A DNA stretch of 12,509 bases, from positions 1 through 12,509 of the forward strand of contig JBDRKP010000065.1 of assembly GCA_043813875.1 (NCBI GenBank), given 5' to 3'. The notes below the pieces were generated by a model. It was not told the origin of the DNA and did no database searches. It saw nothing but the letters and a program-made list of their open reading frames with translations. The stretch comes from an archaeon (GTDB taxonomy: Archaea > EX4484-52 > B79-G9). Both the position numbers and the translations under genes were made by a program. Shown here in pieces: positions 1-9,091 of the stretch. Each line of letters begins with the position of its first letter. Positions within the stretch are counted from its first letter, which is position 1.

Positions 1-1
1 T

Positions 2-88
2 AGGGAGTATGCATACTCGAAGAAAGATGAAAACATCGTCACTGAGTTCAAATTCAAGCAATTAACGTGGAATATTATGAGACTCTAA
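2..88 (+). CDS. 3' end of an upstream gene, partial (…REYAYSKKDENIVTEFKFKQLTWNIMRL*)
   Basis: Frame 2 is open from the window edge to TAA at 86-88. No recognisable motif. Confidence 0.35.
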   Translation, partial: REYAYSKKDENIVTEFKFKQLTWNIMRL

Positions 89-160
89 GCGGATTTTGCT
101 TGAGGAGTATAGACCTTTGGAGAAAGTAGTACAACAACACCGTTTTTTTGAGATTTTCGC

Positions 161-176
161 ATAGATTTATATATTT
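161..176 (+). promoter_or_regulatory. Putative archaeal-type TATA box for the his operon transcript
   Basis: ATAGATTTATATATTT (TTTATATA at 166-173) in the intergenic region upstream of the co-oriented gene cluster. Confidence 0.45.
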
Positions 177-219
177 AATCGTTCAGTTATTGACCAGTGA
201 TTAATATGGTTATGGGTGA

Positions 220-354
220 ATGTCTTCATCGGTGAATGTTTTCATTGAAGAATTATCCAGCCAGTGCTCTTTTCTTAACAAATATTTTAGAGATATAAGT
301 CTATGCAGCATTACTTCTGTATTTTTGAACAACTTAGCCGGAGGTGTATTTTGA
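220..354 (+). CDS. Possible 44-aa small ORF (MSSSVNVFIEELSSQCSFLNKYFRDISLCSITSVFLNNLAGGVF)
   Basis: ATG 220 to TGA 352-354, downstream of the TATA box. Its 3' end contains GGAGGTG (340-346). No homology recognised. Confidence 0.25.
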   Translation: MSSSVNVFIEELSSQCSFLNKYFRDISLCSITSVFLNNLAGGVF

Positions 355-360
355 TGAAGA

Positions 361-708
361 ATGAAATGTCAAAAAAGATGGGTGGATGTATTCACATCTG
401 TTGATGCGGATGCGGACGAATATAATGAAGATATAGTATATGCAGAAAAGAAAGAAGTTCTTTGTTTTAATGAAGCGGCGGATGATAAGGGCCGGAGTAT
501 TGTGCCTGCACCTCTCAGGCGGATGCGTTCTATTTCCAGAAACAACTGTGGCAGCGCCATTATAGAGCCTGTGATTCCTGTGAAGAGGGCCATATCCGAA
601 ACACAATCAGAGGTGTCAAGGATACTTGATTCTTTTGATAATGTGATCAATTACAGGCAATATGGCGATATTCTTGAGATAACGGTTGGCGGAGGTCGAT
701 TTCGATGA
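361..708 (+). CDS. Hypothetical protein (115 aa) at the head of the his operon
   Basis: Its stop overlaps the hisG start (ATGA at 705-708). GGAGGTG lies upstream at 340-346. Acidic N-terminus, no recognisable domain. Confidence 0.5.
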   Translation: MKCQKRWVDVFTSVDADADEYNEDIVYAEKKEVLCFNEAADDKGRSIVPAPLRRMRSISRNNCGSAIIEPVIPVKRAISETQSEVSRILDSFDNVINYRQYGDILEITVGGGRFR

Positions 709-1547
709 TCAGGCTTGCCATACCCAAGGGATATATGAACAAGAAGGTAATCGATCTTTTTTTGGATTGCGGTATCGTAATCAAGGAAAACGGCCGGTCA
801 TACAGGCCATATTGCAGCAATCCGGAAATCTCTGTGAAGATCAAAAAGCCGCAGAATATCGCAAAACTTGTCGAGTGCGGGGCGTATGATGCCGGTATCA
901 CCGGATATGACTGGGTCGTCGAATCTGGGGCTGATGTGGCTGAGGTTCTTGATCTTGGGTTCGATAAGGTCAAGATTGTCGCTGCTGTACCGACAGGATA
1001 TGATCTTGCGGGTGAAAAGAGGATTGTTGTCGCTTCAGAGTATGAGAACATATCGCGAAAGTTTCTTGATGAGAAAGGGTTCAAATATTCGTTTATCAGG
1101 TCTTATGGCGCTACAGAGGCATATCCGCCGGAAGATGCGGACATGATTGTCGAGAATGTGGCGACAGGGCGGACATTGGAGCAGAATAATCTCATGATTG
1201 TCTCAAGGATACTTGAATCGACAACAAGAATCATCGCGAACAAAAAGAGCATTGATGATGCCAGCAAAAGAAAGATCATCGATGACCTTGTCTGCGTGAT
1301 GAAGAGCGTGCTTCTGGGCAGATGCAAGGTCATGATCGAGATGAATGTTGATGAAAAACTGCTACCAGATTTGATAAAGGTCATACCGGCAATGAAAATG
1401 CCGACTGTCGCCAAACTTTACGGTGACTGCGGGTATGCTGTGAAGGCGTGCGTGGACAGGGGAATCGTGCGCGAGCTGATACCTATTCTTAAGACGGCAG
1501 GAGCAACCGATATTGTAGAATATGACCTCAGAAAGGTCGTGAGGTGA
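705..1547 (+). CDS. hisG: ATP phosphoribosyltransferase, long form with C-terminal regulatory domain
   Basis: RLAIPKG, DAGITGYDWVVE, LDLGF, SYGATEAYPPEDADMIVENVATGRTL, C-terminal PAMKMPTV…LKTAGATDIV. GGAGGT RBS upstream. Confidence 0.97.
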   Translation: MIRLAIPKGYMNKKVIDLFLDCGIVIKENGRSYRPYCSNPEISVKIKKPQNIAKLVECGAYDAGITGYDWVVESGADVAEVLDLGFDKVKIVAAVPTGYDLAGEKRIVVASEYENISRKFLDEKGFKYSFIRSYGATEAYPPEDADMIVENVATGRTLEQNNLMIVSRILESTTRIIANKKSIDDASKRKIIDDLVCVMKSVLLGRCKVMIEMNVDEKLLPDLIKVIPAMKMPTVAKLYGDCGYAVKACVDRGIVRELIPILKTAGATDIVEYDLRKVVR

Positions 1548-1551
1548 TTGA

Positions 1552-2838
1552 ATGACGACAATACCTATCCTTAAAAGCACGAAGTTTGATTGCAAAAGAC
1601 TGCGCCCGGATATGGATGATGCTCTCAATGCGGCGCGCCTGATAATAGATGATGTCAAGATGAGGGGCGATGAGGCATTAACCGAATATACGAAGAGATT
1701 CGATGGCGTCTACATCAATGAGCTCAAGGTGAGTGAAGAGGAAATCCGCGAAGCCTACTTTGTGGCTGATGAGGCGTTTGTCGCGTCAATACGCAAAGCC
1801 ATGGATAATGTCGAAAAGTTCCAGAAGGTCCTTTTGAAGGAGGATGTCTTTGCAGATATCTCCGATGGAATCAGATTGAGGTCGCTTGTGAGGCCGATCG
1901 ATAATATCGGCGCGTATGTGCCGGGAGGAACCGCATCATATGTGTCGACCGCTTATATGATCGGAATACCTGCAACGATTGCCGGGTGCAGGCGCAGGAT
2001 TGTCTTTACGCCGCCTAATAAATACGGCAAGATAAACCCGTATCTCATTGTCGCATGCGATATGGCGGGATTCAGCGAGATATACAAGGCGGGGGGAGCG
2101 CAGGCAATCGCTGCCATGGCATACGGGACCGAGAGTGCCGGCAAGGTCGAGAAGATATTCGGGCCGGGGAATGTGTTTGTGAATGCGGCCAAGATGATTG
2201 TCAGGGATGATGTCGCTGTCGATATGGTGGCGGGACCGTCGGAGGTGATGATCATCGCTGATGAATCGTGCAATCCGGCCTTTGTCGCAGCGGATATGCT
2301 TTCGCAGGCAGAGCATGATGCTTTATCCACAGCTCTGCTTCTCACTGATTCGCGTGATGTGGCGGATGCTGTGAAAAAAGAGATTGATTCGCAGCTAAAC
2401 GAGCTTCTGCGCAAGGACATCGCCAGAAAGGCGCTCAAGGATTACGGAAAAATCGTGGTATGCGAATCCATTGATGAATGCATCGATATCGCCAATGAGT
2501 TCGCTCCCGAGCACCTTGAGATCGCTACCAAGGATGCAGAGGATGCGCTTTCAAAGATAAGGAATGCAGGCTCTGTCTTTCTTGGCAATCTCTCGTCTGT
2601 CGTGATGGGAGATTATGCGACCGGGACCAACCACGTGCTTCCCACAATGGGATTCGCAAAGAGCATGTCGGGGCTTTCTGTTGATGATTTCGTGCGAAGG
2701 ATGGAAGTGAGTTCTATCGGGACTGAAGGACTTGCCGATATAGGGCAGACTATTGTGAGCCTTTCAGAGCTTGAGGGCCTCTTTGGGCACGCCAATGCAG
2801 TCAAATTAAGAATGGATAAAATGGAGGAGTCAAAATGA
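1552..2838 (+). CDS. hisD: Histidinol dehydrogenase
   Basis: GAYVPGG, GGAQAIAAMAYG, KIFGPGNVFV, DMVAGPSEV, DMLSQAEHD, FAPEHLE, GDYATGTNHVLPT. GAGGTGA RBS. Confidence 0.98.
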   Translation: MTTIPILKSTKFDCKRLRPDMDDALNAARLIIDDVKMRGDEALTEYTKRFDGVYINELKVSEEEIREAYFVADEAFVASIRKAMDNVEKFQKVLLKEDVFADISDGIRLRSLVRPIDNIGAYVPGGTASYVSTAYMIGIPATIAGCRRRIVFTPPNKYGKINPYLIVACDMAGFSEIYKAGGAQAIAAMAYGTESAGKVEKIFGPGNVFVNAAKMIVRDDVAVDMVAGPSEVMIIADESCNPAFVAADMLSQAEHDALSTALLLTDSRDVADAVKKEIDSQLNELLRKDIARKALKDYGKIVVCESIDECIDIANEFAPEHLEIATKDAEDALSKIRNAGSVFLGNLSSVVMGDYATGTNHVLPTMGFAKSMSGLSVDDFVRRMEVSSIGTEGLADIGQTIVSLSELEGLFGHANAVKLRMDKMEESK

Positions 2839-3416
2839 GCGTCAATGTTGAACGGAATACCAATGAGACAAAGATATGTGTAAAATTAGACATATACGGG
2901 AGCGGTCGGACGAAGATAGATACAGGGATACCGTTTTTTGACCACATGGTCGACAGCCTTGCACGGTTCGCACTGTTTGATCTTGTGGTCGAGTGCAAGG
3001 CAGACCTTGCTGTTGAAGATCACCACATGATAGAGGATGTGGCTATCGTGCTTGCGGAGGCGCTTCTTAAGGCTACGGGAGAACGGAAAGGCATAAACAG
3101 GATAGGCTATTCGATACTTCCTATGGATGATGCGGTCGTCATGGTGTCGATTGATCTTTCGAGGTCGTATTTCCAGCAGAGGGGCATCGCATTTTCGAAA
3201 GAGAAGTTCGGGAGCCTGTCTACTGAGAATATAGCGCCTTTTTTTGAGAGTCTTGCGCTCAATGCGAAGATGACGCTTTATATGAACAAGATTGAGGGAA
3301 CAAATGACCACCACATCGCTGAGGCGTGCTTCAAGGCGCTCGGATGCGCGCTCAAGATGGCGGTAGCGAAGGATGAAAGAATGCGTGATGCGCTGAGCAC
3401 GAAGGGTGTCTTATGA
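2835..3416 (+). CDS. hisB: Imidazoleglycerol-phosphate dehydratase (monofunctional)
   Basis: RNTNETKI, TGIPFFDHM, DHHMIEDV, PMDDA, NDHHIAEACFKA, STKGVL. No N-terminal phosphatase domain. ATGA overlap with hisD. Confidence 0.97.
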   Translation: MSVNVERNTNETKICVKLDIYGSGRTKIDTGIPFFDHMVDSLARFALFDLVVECKADLAVEDHHMIEDVAIVLAEALLKATGERKGINRIGYSILPMDDAVVMVSIDLSRSYFQQRGIAFSKEKFGSLSTENIAPFFESLALNAKMTLYMNKIEGTNDHHIAEACFKALGCALKMAVAKDERMRDALSTKGVL

Positions 3417-5137
3417 TGGTATCTGCCAAAAAATCGGTTTTAGGGATGAAGGAATATGTCCCACCAACGGCCAAGAGAAGAGGTATGCTTAGGCTTGACT
3501 TCAATGAGAATACGCGGGGGTGTTCGCCTAAGGTACTTGCCGCGCTCAAGGAGATCAAGGCAGATGATGTGTCCATATATCCGGATTACTCGGGTGTCTC
3601 CAAGATGATCGCCGGATATGTCGGGAACGGGATTGTGAGTGAACAGACAATGATCACAAACGGGAGCGATGAGGCAATCAAGTGTATCATGGATACTTAT
3701 GTCGAGTGCGGGGATGAGGTCGTGATGGCTGTGCCGACGTTTGACATATTCAGGGTGTATGCGACTGTCGCAGGGGCAAAGATTGTCGGTGTGCCTTATG
3801 GTGATGATATGGAGTTCCCGCTGGATGAGGTAGTATCTTCCATCAATGAGAGGACTAAGGTGGTGGTGATTGTGAATCCGAACAATCCTACCGGAACTGC
3901 CGTATCGAGGGAGGGGATACTGAAGGTCGTGAAGAAGGCAAAGGATTCTGTTGTCCTTATCGATGAGGCATATCTAGAGTATTACGGGGAGACGTGCGCT
4001 GATCTTGTCGCTATTTATGACAATGTATTTGTCATACGGACATTCTCCAAGGCGTTCGGGCTTGCGGGGCTAAGGATCGGGTATGTCCTGTCGGATGAGC
4101 GCAATATCGCATCACTGCTCAAGGTGAGGTCGCCTTACAGCATAGGGGCGGATGCGTGCATAGCGGTGGGTGCTGCGCTTGATGATGTTGATTTTGTCAG
4201 GGATTATGCGCGCGAGGTCAAAAAGAGCAGGAAGATGCTTTTTTTGGGGCTTTCCAGGCTCGGCGTCAAATGTTATCCGTCGTCTGCCAATTTTGTGCTT
4301 GCGGATTTCGGAAAGGATGCGGATTATGTGTGGAAGGAGCTTTTTTTGAATAACATCCTTACAAGAAGGTGGCCAATGAATGAGAGGCTCAAGAATTGTA
4401 TCAGGATAGGGGCAGGAACTTCTGAGGAGGCGGAGAAGGTGCTTTTGATTGTTGAGGCAGCGCTTTCTAAAAAGGAGGCGTTCATATTTGATGTAGACGG
4501 AGTGCTTGTCGACGTGTCCGGGTCTTACAGGCGGGCGGTGAAGGAGACGTGCGAGTTTTTCCTCAAAAGCGAGGTCACGGCGGATGAGATACAGAAGGTG
4601 AAGAATTCGGGCGGGTGCAATAATGACTGGGATCTTTCTATGAAAATCATCTCTCTGCGATGGAAAAATGTTCTGCGCGAGAATATAGTGTCAAAGTTCC
4701 AGGAGCTTTACATGAAGTACAGAAAGGATGAGAGATGGCTGATTTCACGGGATGTGATCGACGGGCTATCAAAGAGGTACAGGCTTGGAATCTTTAGCGG
4801 GAGGCCTCGAGAGGAATTGATTTTTGCTCTCCGTGAGTCCGGGATGGAGAAGTATTTCAATGCTGTCGTTGCCATGGAGGATGTGCCTGTGTCCAAGGGG
4901 AAGCCTGAGCCTTTCGGGTTGAAGCTTGCGCTTCGGATGCTCGGGTGCTCGAAGGGGTTCTATGCAGGGGATACTGTCGATGATGTCATGGCTGCAAAGG
5001 GCGCAGGGCTTGTGGCTGTCGGCGTGCTTGCCCCGCTGGACAAGTCGGATGAACTGAAAGGTATGCTGGTCTCTTTCGGGGCGGATTTTGTGGTGGATGA
5101 TGTCAATGACGTGTTAAACATTAATGGGGCGGTTTAG
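3413..5137 (+). CDS. hisC: Histidinol-phosphate aminotransferase fused to a C-terminal HAD-family hydrolase (probable histidinol-phosphate phosphatase)
   Basis: N-terminal ~350 aa: LDFNEN, NGSDEAI, NPNNPTG, IDEAY, RTFSKAFGLAGLRIG. C-terminal ~220 aa: FDVDGVLVD (HAD motif I, Asp codon at 4490), FSGRP, KPEP, GDTVDD. One continuous frame. Confidence 0.93.
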   Translation: MMVSAKKSVLGMKEYVPPTAKRRGMLRLDFNENTRGCSPKVLAALKEIKADDVSIYPDYSGVSKMIAGYVGNGIVSEQTMITNGSDEAIKCIMDTYVECGDEVVMAVPTFDIFRVYATVAGAKIVGVPYGDDMEFPLDEVVSSINERTKVVVIVNPNNPTGTAVSREGILKVVKKAKDSVVLIDEAYLEYYGETCADLVAIYDNVFVIRTFSKAFGLAGLRIGYVLSDERNIASLLKVRSPYSIGADACIAVGAALDDVDFVRDYAREVKKSRKMLFLGLSRLGVKCYPSSANFVLADFGKDADYVWKELFLNNILTRRWPMNERLKNCIRIGAGTSEEAEKVLLIVEAALSKKEAFIFDVDGVLVDVSGSYRRAVKETCEFFLKSEVTADEIQKVKNSGGCNNDWDLSMKIISLRWKNVLRENIVSKFQELYMKYRKDERWLISRDVIDGLSKRYRLGIFSGRPREELIFALRESGMEKYFNAVVAMEDVPVSKGKPEPFGLKLALRMLGCSKGFYAGDTVDDVMAAKGAGLVAVGVLAPLDKSDELKGMLVSFGADFVVDDVNDVLNINGAV

Positions 5138-5728
5138 ATGGAAGTATGCGTCGTTGATTACGGAGGAGGGAATGTCAGGAGCCTGTGCAATGCGCTTGAG
5201 TTTCTGGGCGCGGAGTATATATTGAGCGATGATGCGGAATATGTGCGCAATTCGGGCGTGCTTATGCTCCCGGGTGTCGGGAGTTTCGGTGCAGTCATGA
5301 ATGGCCTTGTGAAGAAGGGGCTTGATTCGGCTGTTGTCGATGCGATCGGGGCGGGGGCGAGGTTTTTTGGGATCTGCGTCGGTATGCAGGTGCTTTTCTT
5401 TGGGAGCGATGAGAGCCCGGGGGTCCCGGGGCTTTCGGTGATTGATGGAGATGTGGTCAGGTTCAACCGGGGGAAGGTGCCGCAGATCGGATGGAATACC
5501 ATCAGGACTTTGAATGAGGGTGTTTTTTTGGACGGGTATGTTTATTTTGTGAATTCATATTATTGCGTGCCGAGGGATATGGGGGTTGCCGCGTGCTTAA
5601 CGGAGTATGGGGGATTGAATTTCTGTAGCGCTTTGAGGCGCGGGAATGTCTATGCGACGCAGTTCCACCCGGAAAAGAGCGGATGGCTCGGGCTTGAGAT
5701 CATCAGGAGGTGGCTTTATGATCGCTAA
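5138..5728 (+). CDS. hisH: Imidazole glycerol phosphate synthase, glutaminase subunit
   Basis: VDYGGGNVRS, LPGVGSF, GICVGMQ, VPQIGWN, YFVNSY, TQFHPEKSG. Confidence 0.97.
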   Translation: MEVCVVDYGGGNVRSLCNALEFLGAEYILSDDAEYVRNSGVLMLPGVGSFGAVMNGLVKKGLDSAVVDAIGAGARFFGICVGMQVLFFGSDESPGVPGLSVIDGDVVRFNRGKVPQIGWNTIRTLNEGVFLDGYVYFVNSYYCVPRDMGVAACLTEYGGLNFCSALRRGNVYATQFHPEKSGWLGLEIIRRWLYDR

Positions 5729-6482
5729 GAGGATCGTGCCGTGCCTTGATATGAAGGACGGGAAGGTCGTGAAGGGAGTAGGTTTTGATAATCTTCGGGA
5801 TGCCGGGGATCCTGTAGTGCTTGCGCGGAAGTATTATGAAGACGGGGCAGATGAGATTGTCTTTCTTGATATCAGCGCGTCTACTGATAAAAGGGATATC
5901 CTGATCGATGTAGTTTCCAGGACGGCTTCTGAGATATTCATACCATTCACTGTCGGGGGAGGGGTGAGGAGCGTCTCTGACATTTCACGGATACTTGCGA
6001 ACGGGGCGGACAAGGTGGCATTGAATACTAATGCGGTCCTTGATCCGTGGCTTATTTCAAAAGCGGCAAAGGAGTTCGGGGCGCAGTGTGTGGTTGTCGC
6101 TGTCGATGCGAAATGGAACGGCAGGTTTTTCGAGGTTTTCATATTCGGCGGAAAGGAGGGTACCGGGATGGATGCAGTCTCATGGGTGAAGAGGTGCGAG
6201 GAACTCGGCTGCGGGGAGATTCTTCTTACTTCGATTGACAGGGACGGCACGAAGTCGGGGTTTGATACCGGGCTTATCAGGAAAGTCTCAACATGCGTCA
6301 ATGTGCCTGTCATCGCTTCCGGCGGGGCGAGGGGGCCTGAGGATTTCTATGATGCATTTTTAGCGGGCGCTGATGCGGCGCTTGCGGCATCGATCTTTCA
6401 CTATAGCAAATATACTATCGGTGACATAAAGGAGTTTTTGAAAAAAAAAGGAGTTGTTGTAAATGATGAAACTTTTGGGTAA
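5718..6482 (+). CDS. hisF: Imidazole glycerol phosphate synthase, cyclase subunit
   Basis: Start reassigned from 5646 to ATG 5718 (AGGAGGTGG at 5705-5713; canonical MIAKRIVPCLD). Also GADEIVFLDISA, PFTVGGG, GEILLTSIDRDGTKSGFD, ASGG, AALAASIFH. Confidence 0.97.
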   Translation: MIAKRIVPCLDMKDGKVVKGVGFDNLRDAGDPVVLARKYYEDGADEIVFLDISASTDKRDILIDVVSRTASEIFIPFTVGGGVRSVSDISRILANGADKVALNTNAVLDPWLISKAAKEFGAQCVVVAVDAKWNGRFFEVFIFGGKEGTGMDAVSWVKRCEELGCGEILLTSIDRDGTKSGFDTGLIRKVSTCVNVPVIASGGARGPEDFYDAFLAGADAALAASIFHYSKYTIGDIKEFLKKKGVVVNDETFG

Positions 6483-6527
6483 ATTTGGGGGTTTCAACCT
6501 CTACAATGGATGCATGGGTGATTGTAA

Positions 6528-7799
6528 ATGATTTTACCAAGTATTGATCTGTTGGACGGGAAAGCGGTGCAGCTGGTTGGCGGAGATCCCTTAAAGAAAA
6601 AGGTTGTCGTTGATGATGTTTTCGGGCTTGCGAGTGAGTTCTTTCGGTACGGGAAGTTCCAGGTGATTGATCTTGATGCAGCTTTCTGGAAGGGGAGAGA
6701 TAACAGAGGCATTGTAAAGGAGCTTTGCAGGAAGTATGATGTCAGGGTCGGCGGGGGTATAAGGACTGTCGATGAGGCGGTTGAGCTTGTCAGGTGCGGC
6801 GCAAAAGAGGTCATTATCGGGACGCGGGCGAACAAAGAGTTCCTAAAGGAACTTTGCGATGCTATCGGGCGAAAGAGGGTTGTTGTCGCGCTTGATGCGA
6901 GGAATGGAATGGTCGAGTCATGGGGATGGACCAAGGGTACTGGAAGGAGCGTTCTTGAGGTCGCAAAAGAGCTTGAGAACTACTGCTCTGAGTTCCTCTA
7001 TACCTGTATCGATAAGGAAGGGCGCATGATTGGCGGTGATATTGATACGGTCATGAAGCTCAAGGAAATCACGTCTAATAAGATCTGCGCGTCCGGAGGG
7101 ATATCTGCGGTTGATGAGATACGGAAGTTCGATGAGATAGGCGCTAATGTGGTCTTGGGGATGGCGCTTTATACAGGGAAGCTTTCTCTTGATGAGGTGT
7201 TTGCATCAAGGGTTGATTTTGCCAAGGGCGGGGGCATTGTGCCTGTTGTTGTCCAGGAGGCGGTCTCGCGGGATGTGCTTATGGTCGGATATATGGATAA
7301 GGAGGCGCTTTCTTTGACGCTCAAATCGGGTAAGATGACATATTACAGCAGGTCGAGGAAGAAGATGTGGGTCAAGGGCGAGGAGAGCGGGAATTCGCAG
7401 GAGCTTGTGTCTATAAAGCTTGACTGCGACAGGGACACTGTTCTTGCGACGGTCAGGCAGACGGGAGGTGCATGCCACACGGGAAGCTATTCATGCTTTG
7501 GTGATGAGAACCGGTCAGAAAGTAATATATTAACTGGCGTGTATAATGTTATCCAGGAAAGGATCAAGTATCCAAAAGAGGATTCATATACAAGCAAAAT
7601 CGCGAAGGATAAGGAACTGATCTCACGAAAGATCAATGAAGAGGCTCTGGAGGTCATTATTGCTTCAAAGGACGGGAAAAGAGAAGAGATCGTGTGGGAG
7701 ATTGCCGATCTTGTGTATTTTATTCTTGTTCTTGCTGCTGCCAATGATATCGATATGAGAGAGATATGGAATATGCTTGATTCAAGAAGGAGTGGTTGA
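6528..7799 (+). CDS. hisA: Trifunctional fusion: ProFAR isomerase (HisA), PR-AMP cyclohydrolase (HisI) and PR-ATP pyrophosphohydrolase (HisE)
   Basis: HisA: ILPSIDLLDGKAVQL, VIDLDAA, VGGGIR, ASGGI. HisI: PVVVQE, YYSRSR…WVKGEESGN, DCDRD, ACHTGSYSCF. HisE: SYTSKI, KINEEALEV, EIADLVY. Confidence 0.93.
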   Translation: MILPSIDLLDGKAVQLVGGDPLKKKVVVDDVFGLASEFFRYGKFQVIDLDAAFWKGRDNRGIVKELCRKYDVRVGGGIRTVDEAVELVRCGAKEVIIGTRANKEFLKELCDAIGRKRVVVALDARNGMVESWGWTKGTGRSVLEVAKELENYCSEFLYTCIDKEGRMIGGDIDTVMKLKEITSNKICASGGISAVDEIRKFDEIGANVVLGMALYTGKLSLDEVFASRVDFAKGGGIVPVVVQEAVSRDVLMVGYMDKEALSLTLKSGKMTYYSRSRKKMWVKGEESGNSQELVSIKLDCDRDTVLATVRQTGGACHTGSYSCFGDENRSESNILTGVYNVIQERIKYPKEDSYTSKIAKDKELISRKINEEALEVIIASKDGKREEIVWEIADLVYFILVLAAANDIDMREIWNMLDSRRSG

Positions 7800-7800
7800 T

Positions 7801-9087
7801 ATGGTCAAAATCGAGAAAGTGAAGGGCATGAGGGATTATGAGACTGAGGACATGGTCCTTCGGCGGAATGTCGTGGCGATGGTTGAGAAGATATTTGAGG
7901 CGCGCGGATTTGTGCCTATCGAGACGCCTGCGCTTGAGAAGTGGGATGTGCTTGCAGGGAAAGATGCAGGCGGGCGCGATATCTTAGAGCAGACGTTCAA
8001 TTTCCTTGACCAGGGGGACAGGAGGGTAGGGCTCAGGTATGATCTTACTGTGCCGCTTGTGAGATATGTGTCCGAGAGATCGAATATGGGGTTCCCGTTC
8101 AAGAGGTACCAGTACGGGCGAGTGTGGAGGTATGAGGAGACGCGGAAAGGACGGTATCGTGAGTTTTACCAGTTTGATATTGATATTGTCGGGGCTGGCT
8201 CTGTCGCTGCTGATGCCGAGTGCATAGCGACTATCACGGAGGCGCTTGGGGCGCTCGGTGTCGGGAAGTTCAAGGTGCTTATCAGCAACCGGAAGGTTGC
8301 CGAAGGGGTGCTTAATTTTCTTGGGATAAAGACGAAGAAGCAGGTTGACGGGGCGATGAGGACTATCGACAAGGCGGAGAAGCTGTCGAGGGCGAATCTT
8401 ATCAAGGAGTTCAAGCAGTATGATATTGTGGAGGCGCAGGCGATTGAGATCATCAATGCGCTTTCGAGGAAGGGCAGGCCGGTCGAGGTCATACGCAGCA
8501 TGTTGAAGGAGTTCCCGGACAATGACAAGGTACTTCTGGGTATCTCTGAGCTTGAGAAGCTTGTGGATTATCTCAATGCTTACGGGGTGACTGACAGGTG
8601 TGAGCTTGATCTTTCGCTTGTGCGGGGGCTCGGGTATTATACGGGGTGCGTGTTTGAGGCGCGGCTTGATAAGGGAGGGGACAGCATCGCGGGAGGCGGA
8701 CGTTATGATAAGGTCATCGGGTCGTTTACTTCGCGAGAGATTCCGGCGGTCGGGTTTTCGCTCGGCATCGAGAGGATCCTTAATATCCTGAAGGAGAAGG
8801 ATTATGTGAAGAGGCCGCTTGTTGAGTATTTTGTGCTTTATGCGGGGGCGGAGATGGAGTTTTCGGCTATCAAGATCGCGGAGGCGCTACGGGCTGAGGG
8901 GAGGATTGCCGAGGTCGATCTTATGGGAAGGAATTTTTCCGGGCAGATGAAGTATGCGGACAGGATTGGAGCGCTGAAAGTGGTCATCGTCGGGCAGAAA
9001 GAGATGGCCAGCGGCAATGTGGTTGTGAAGGATATGAAGAGCGGGAAGGAGCTAATAGTTGCTGTCGAGGGGATTTTGGGGGTCTGA
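7801..9087 (+). CDS. hisS: Histidyl-tRNA synthetase
   Basis: Likely start ATG 7801 (AGGAGTGG upstream). KGMRDY, LRYDLTVP, WRYE…GRYREFYQFDID, LVRGLGYYTG, GGGRYD, plus a C-terminal anticodon-binding domain (QMKYAD…VIVGQKE…VVKDM). Confidence 0.96.
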   Translation: MVKIEKVKGMRDYETEDMVLRRNVVAMVEKIFEARGFVPIETPALEKWDVLAGKDAGGRDILEQTFNFLDQGDRRVGLRYDLTVPLVRYVSERSNMGFPFKRYQYGRVWRYEETRKGRYREFYQFDIDIVGAGSVAADAECIATITEALGALGVGKFKVLISNRKVAEGVLNFLGIKTKKQVDGAMRTIDKAEKLSRANLIKEFKQYDIVEAQAIEIINALSRKGRPVEVIRSMLKEFPDNDKVLLGISELEKLVDYLNAYGVTDRCELDLSLVRGLGYYTGCVFEARLDKGGDSIAGGGRYDKVIGSFTSREIPAVGFSLGIERILNILKEKDYVKRPLVEYFVLYAGAEMEFSAIKIAEALRAEGRIAEVDLMGRNFSGQMKYADRIGALKVVIVGQKEMASGNVVVKDMKSGKELIVAVEGILGV

Positions 9088-9091
9088 GTTG

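Noticed and set aside
5..18. Perfect 14-bp palindrome GAGTATGCATACTC
   Set aside because: Single occurrence at the window edge, probably within a coding region, with no supporting context.
180..704. Classical His-codon leader peptide attenuator or T-box
   Set aside because: I saw no run of His codons, no terminator/antiterminator and no T-box motif.
5646..5717. Longer hisF start from the ORF track
   Set aside because: It overlaps hisH extensively. ATG 5718 has a strong RBS and gives the canonical N-terminus.
7801..9087. hisZ (HisG regulatory subunit) instead of hisS
   Set aside because: It retains the full synthetase motifs and the anticodon-binding domain, and HisG is the long form, which does not need HisZ.
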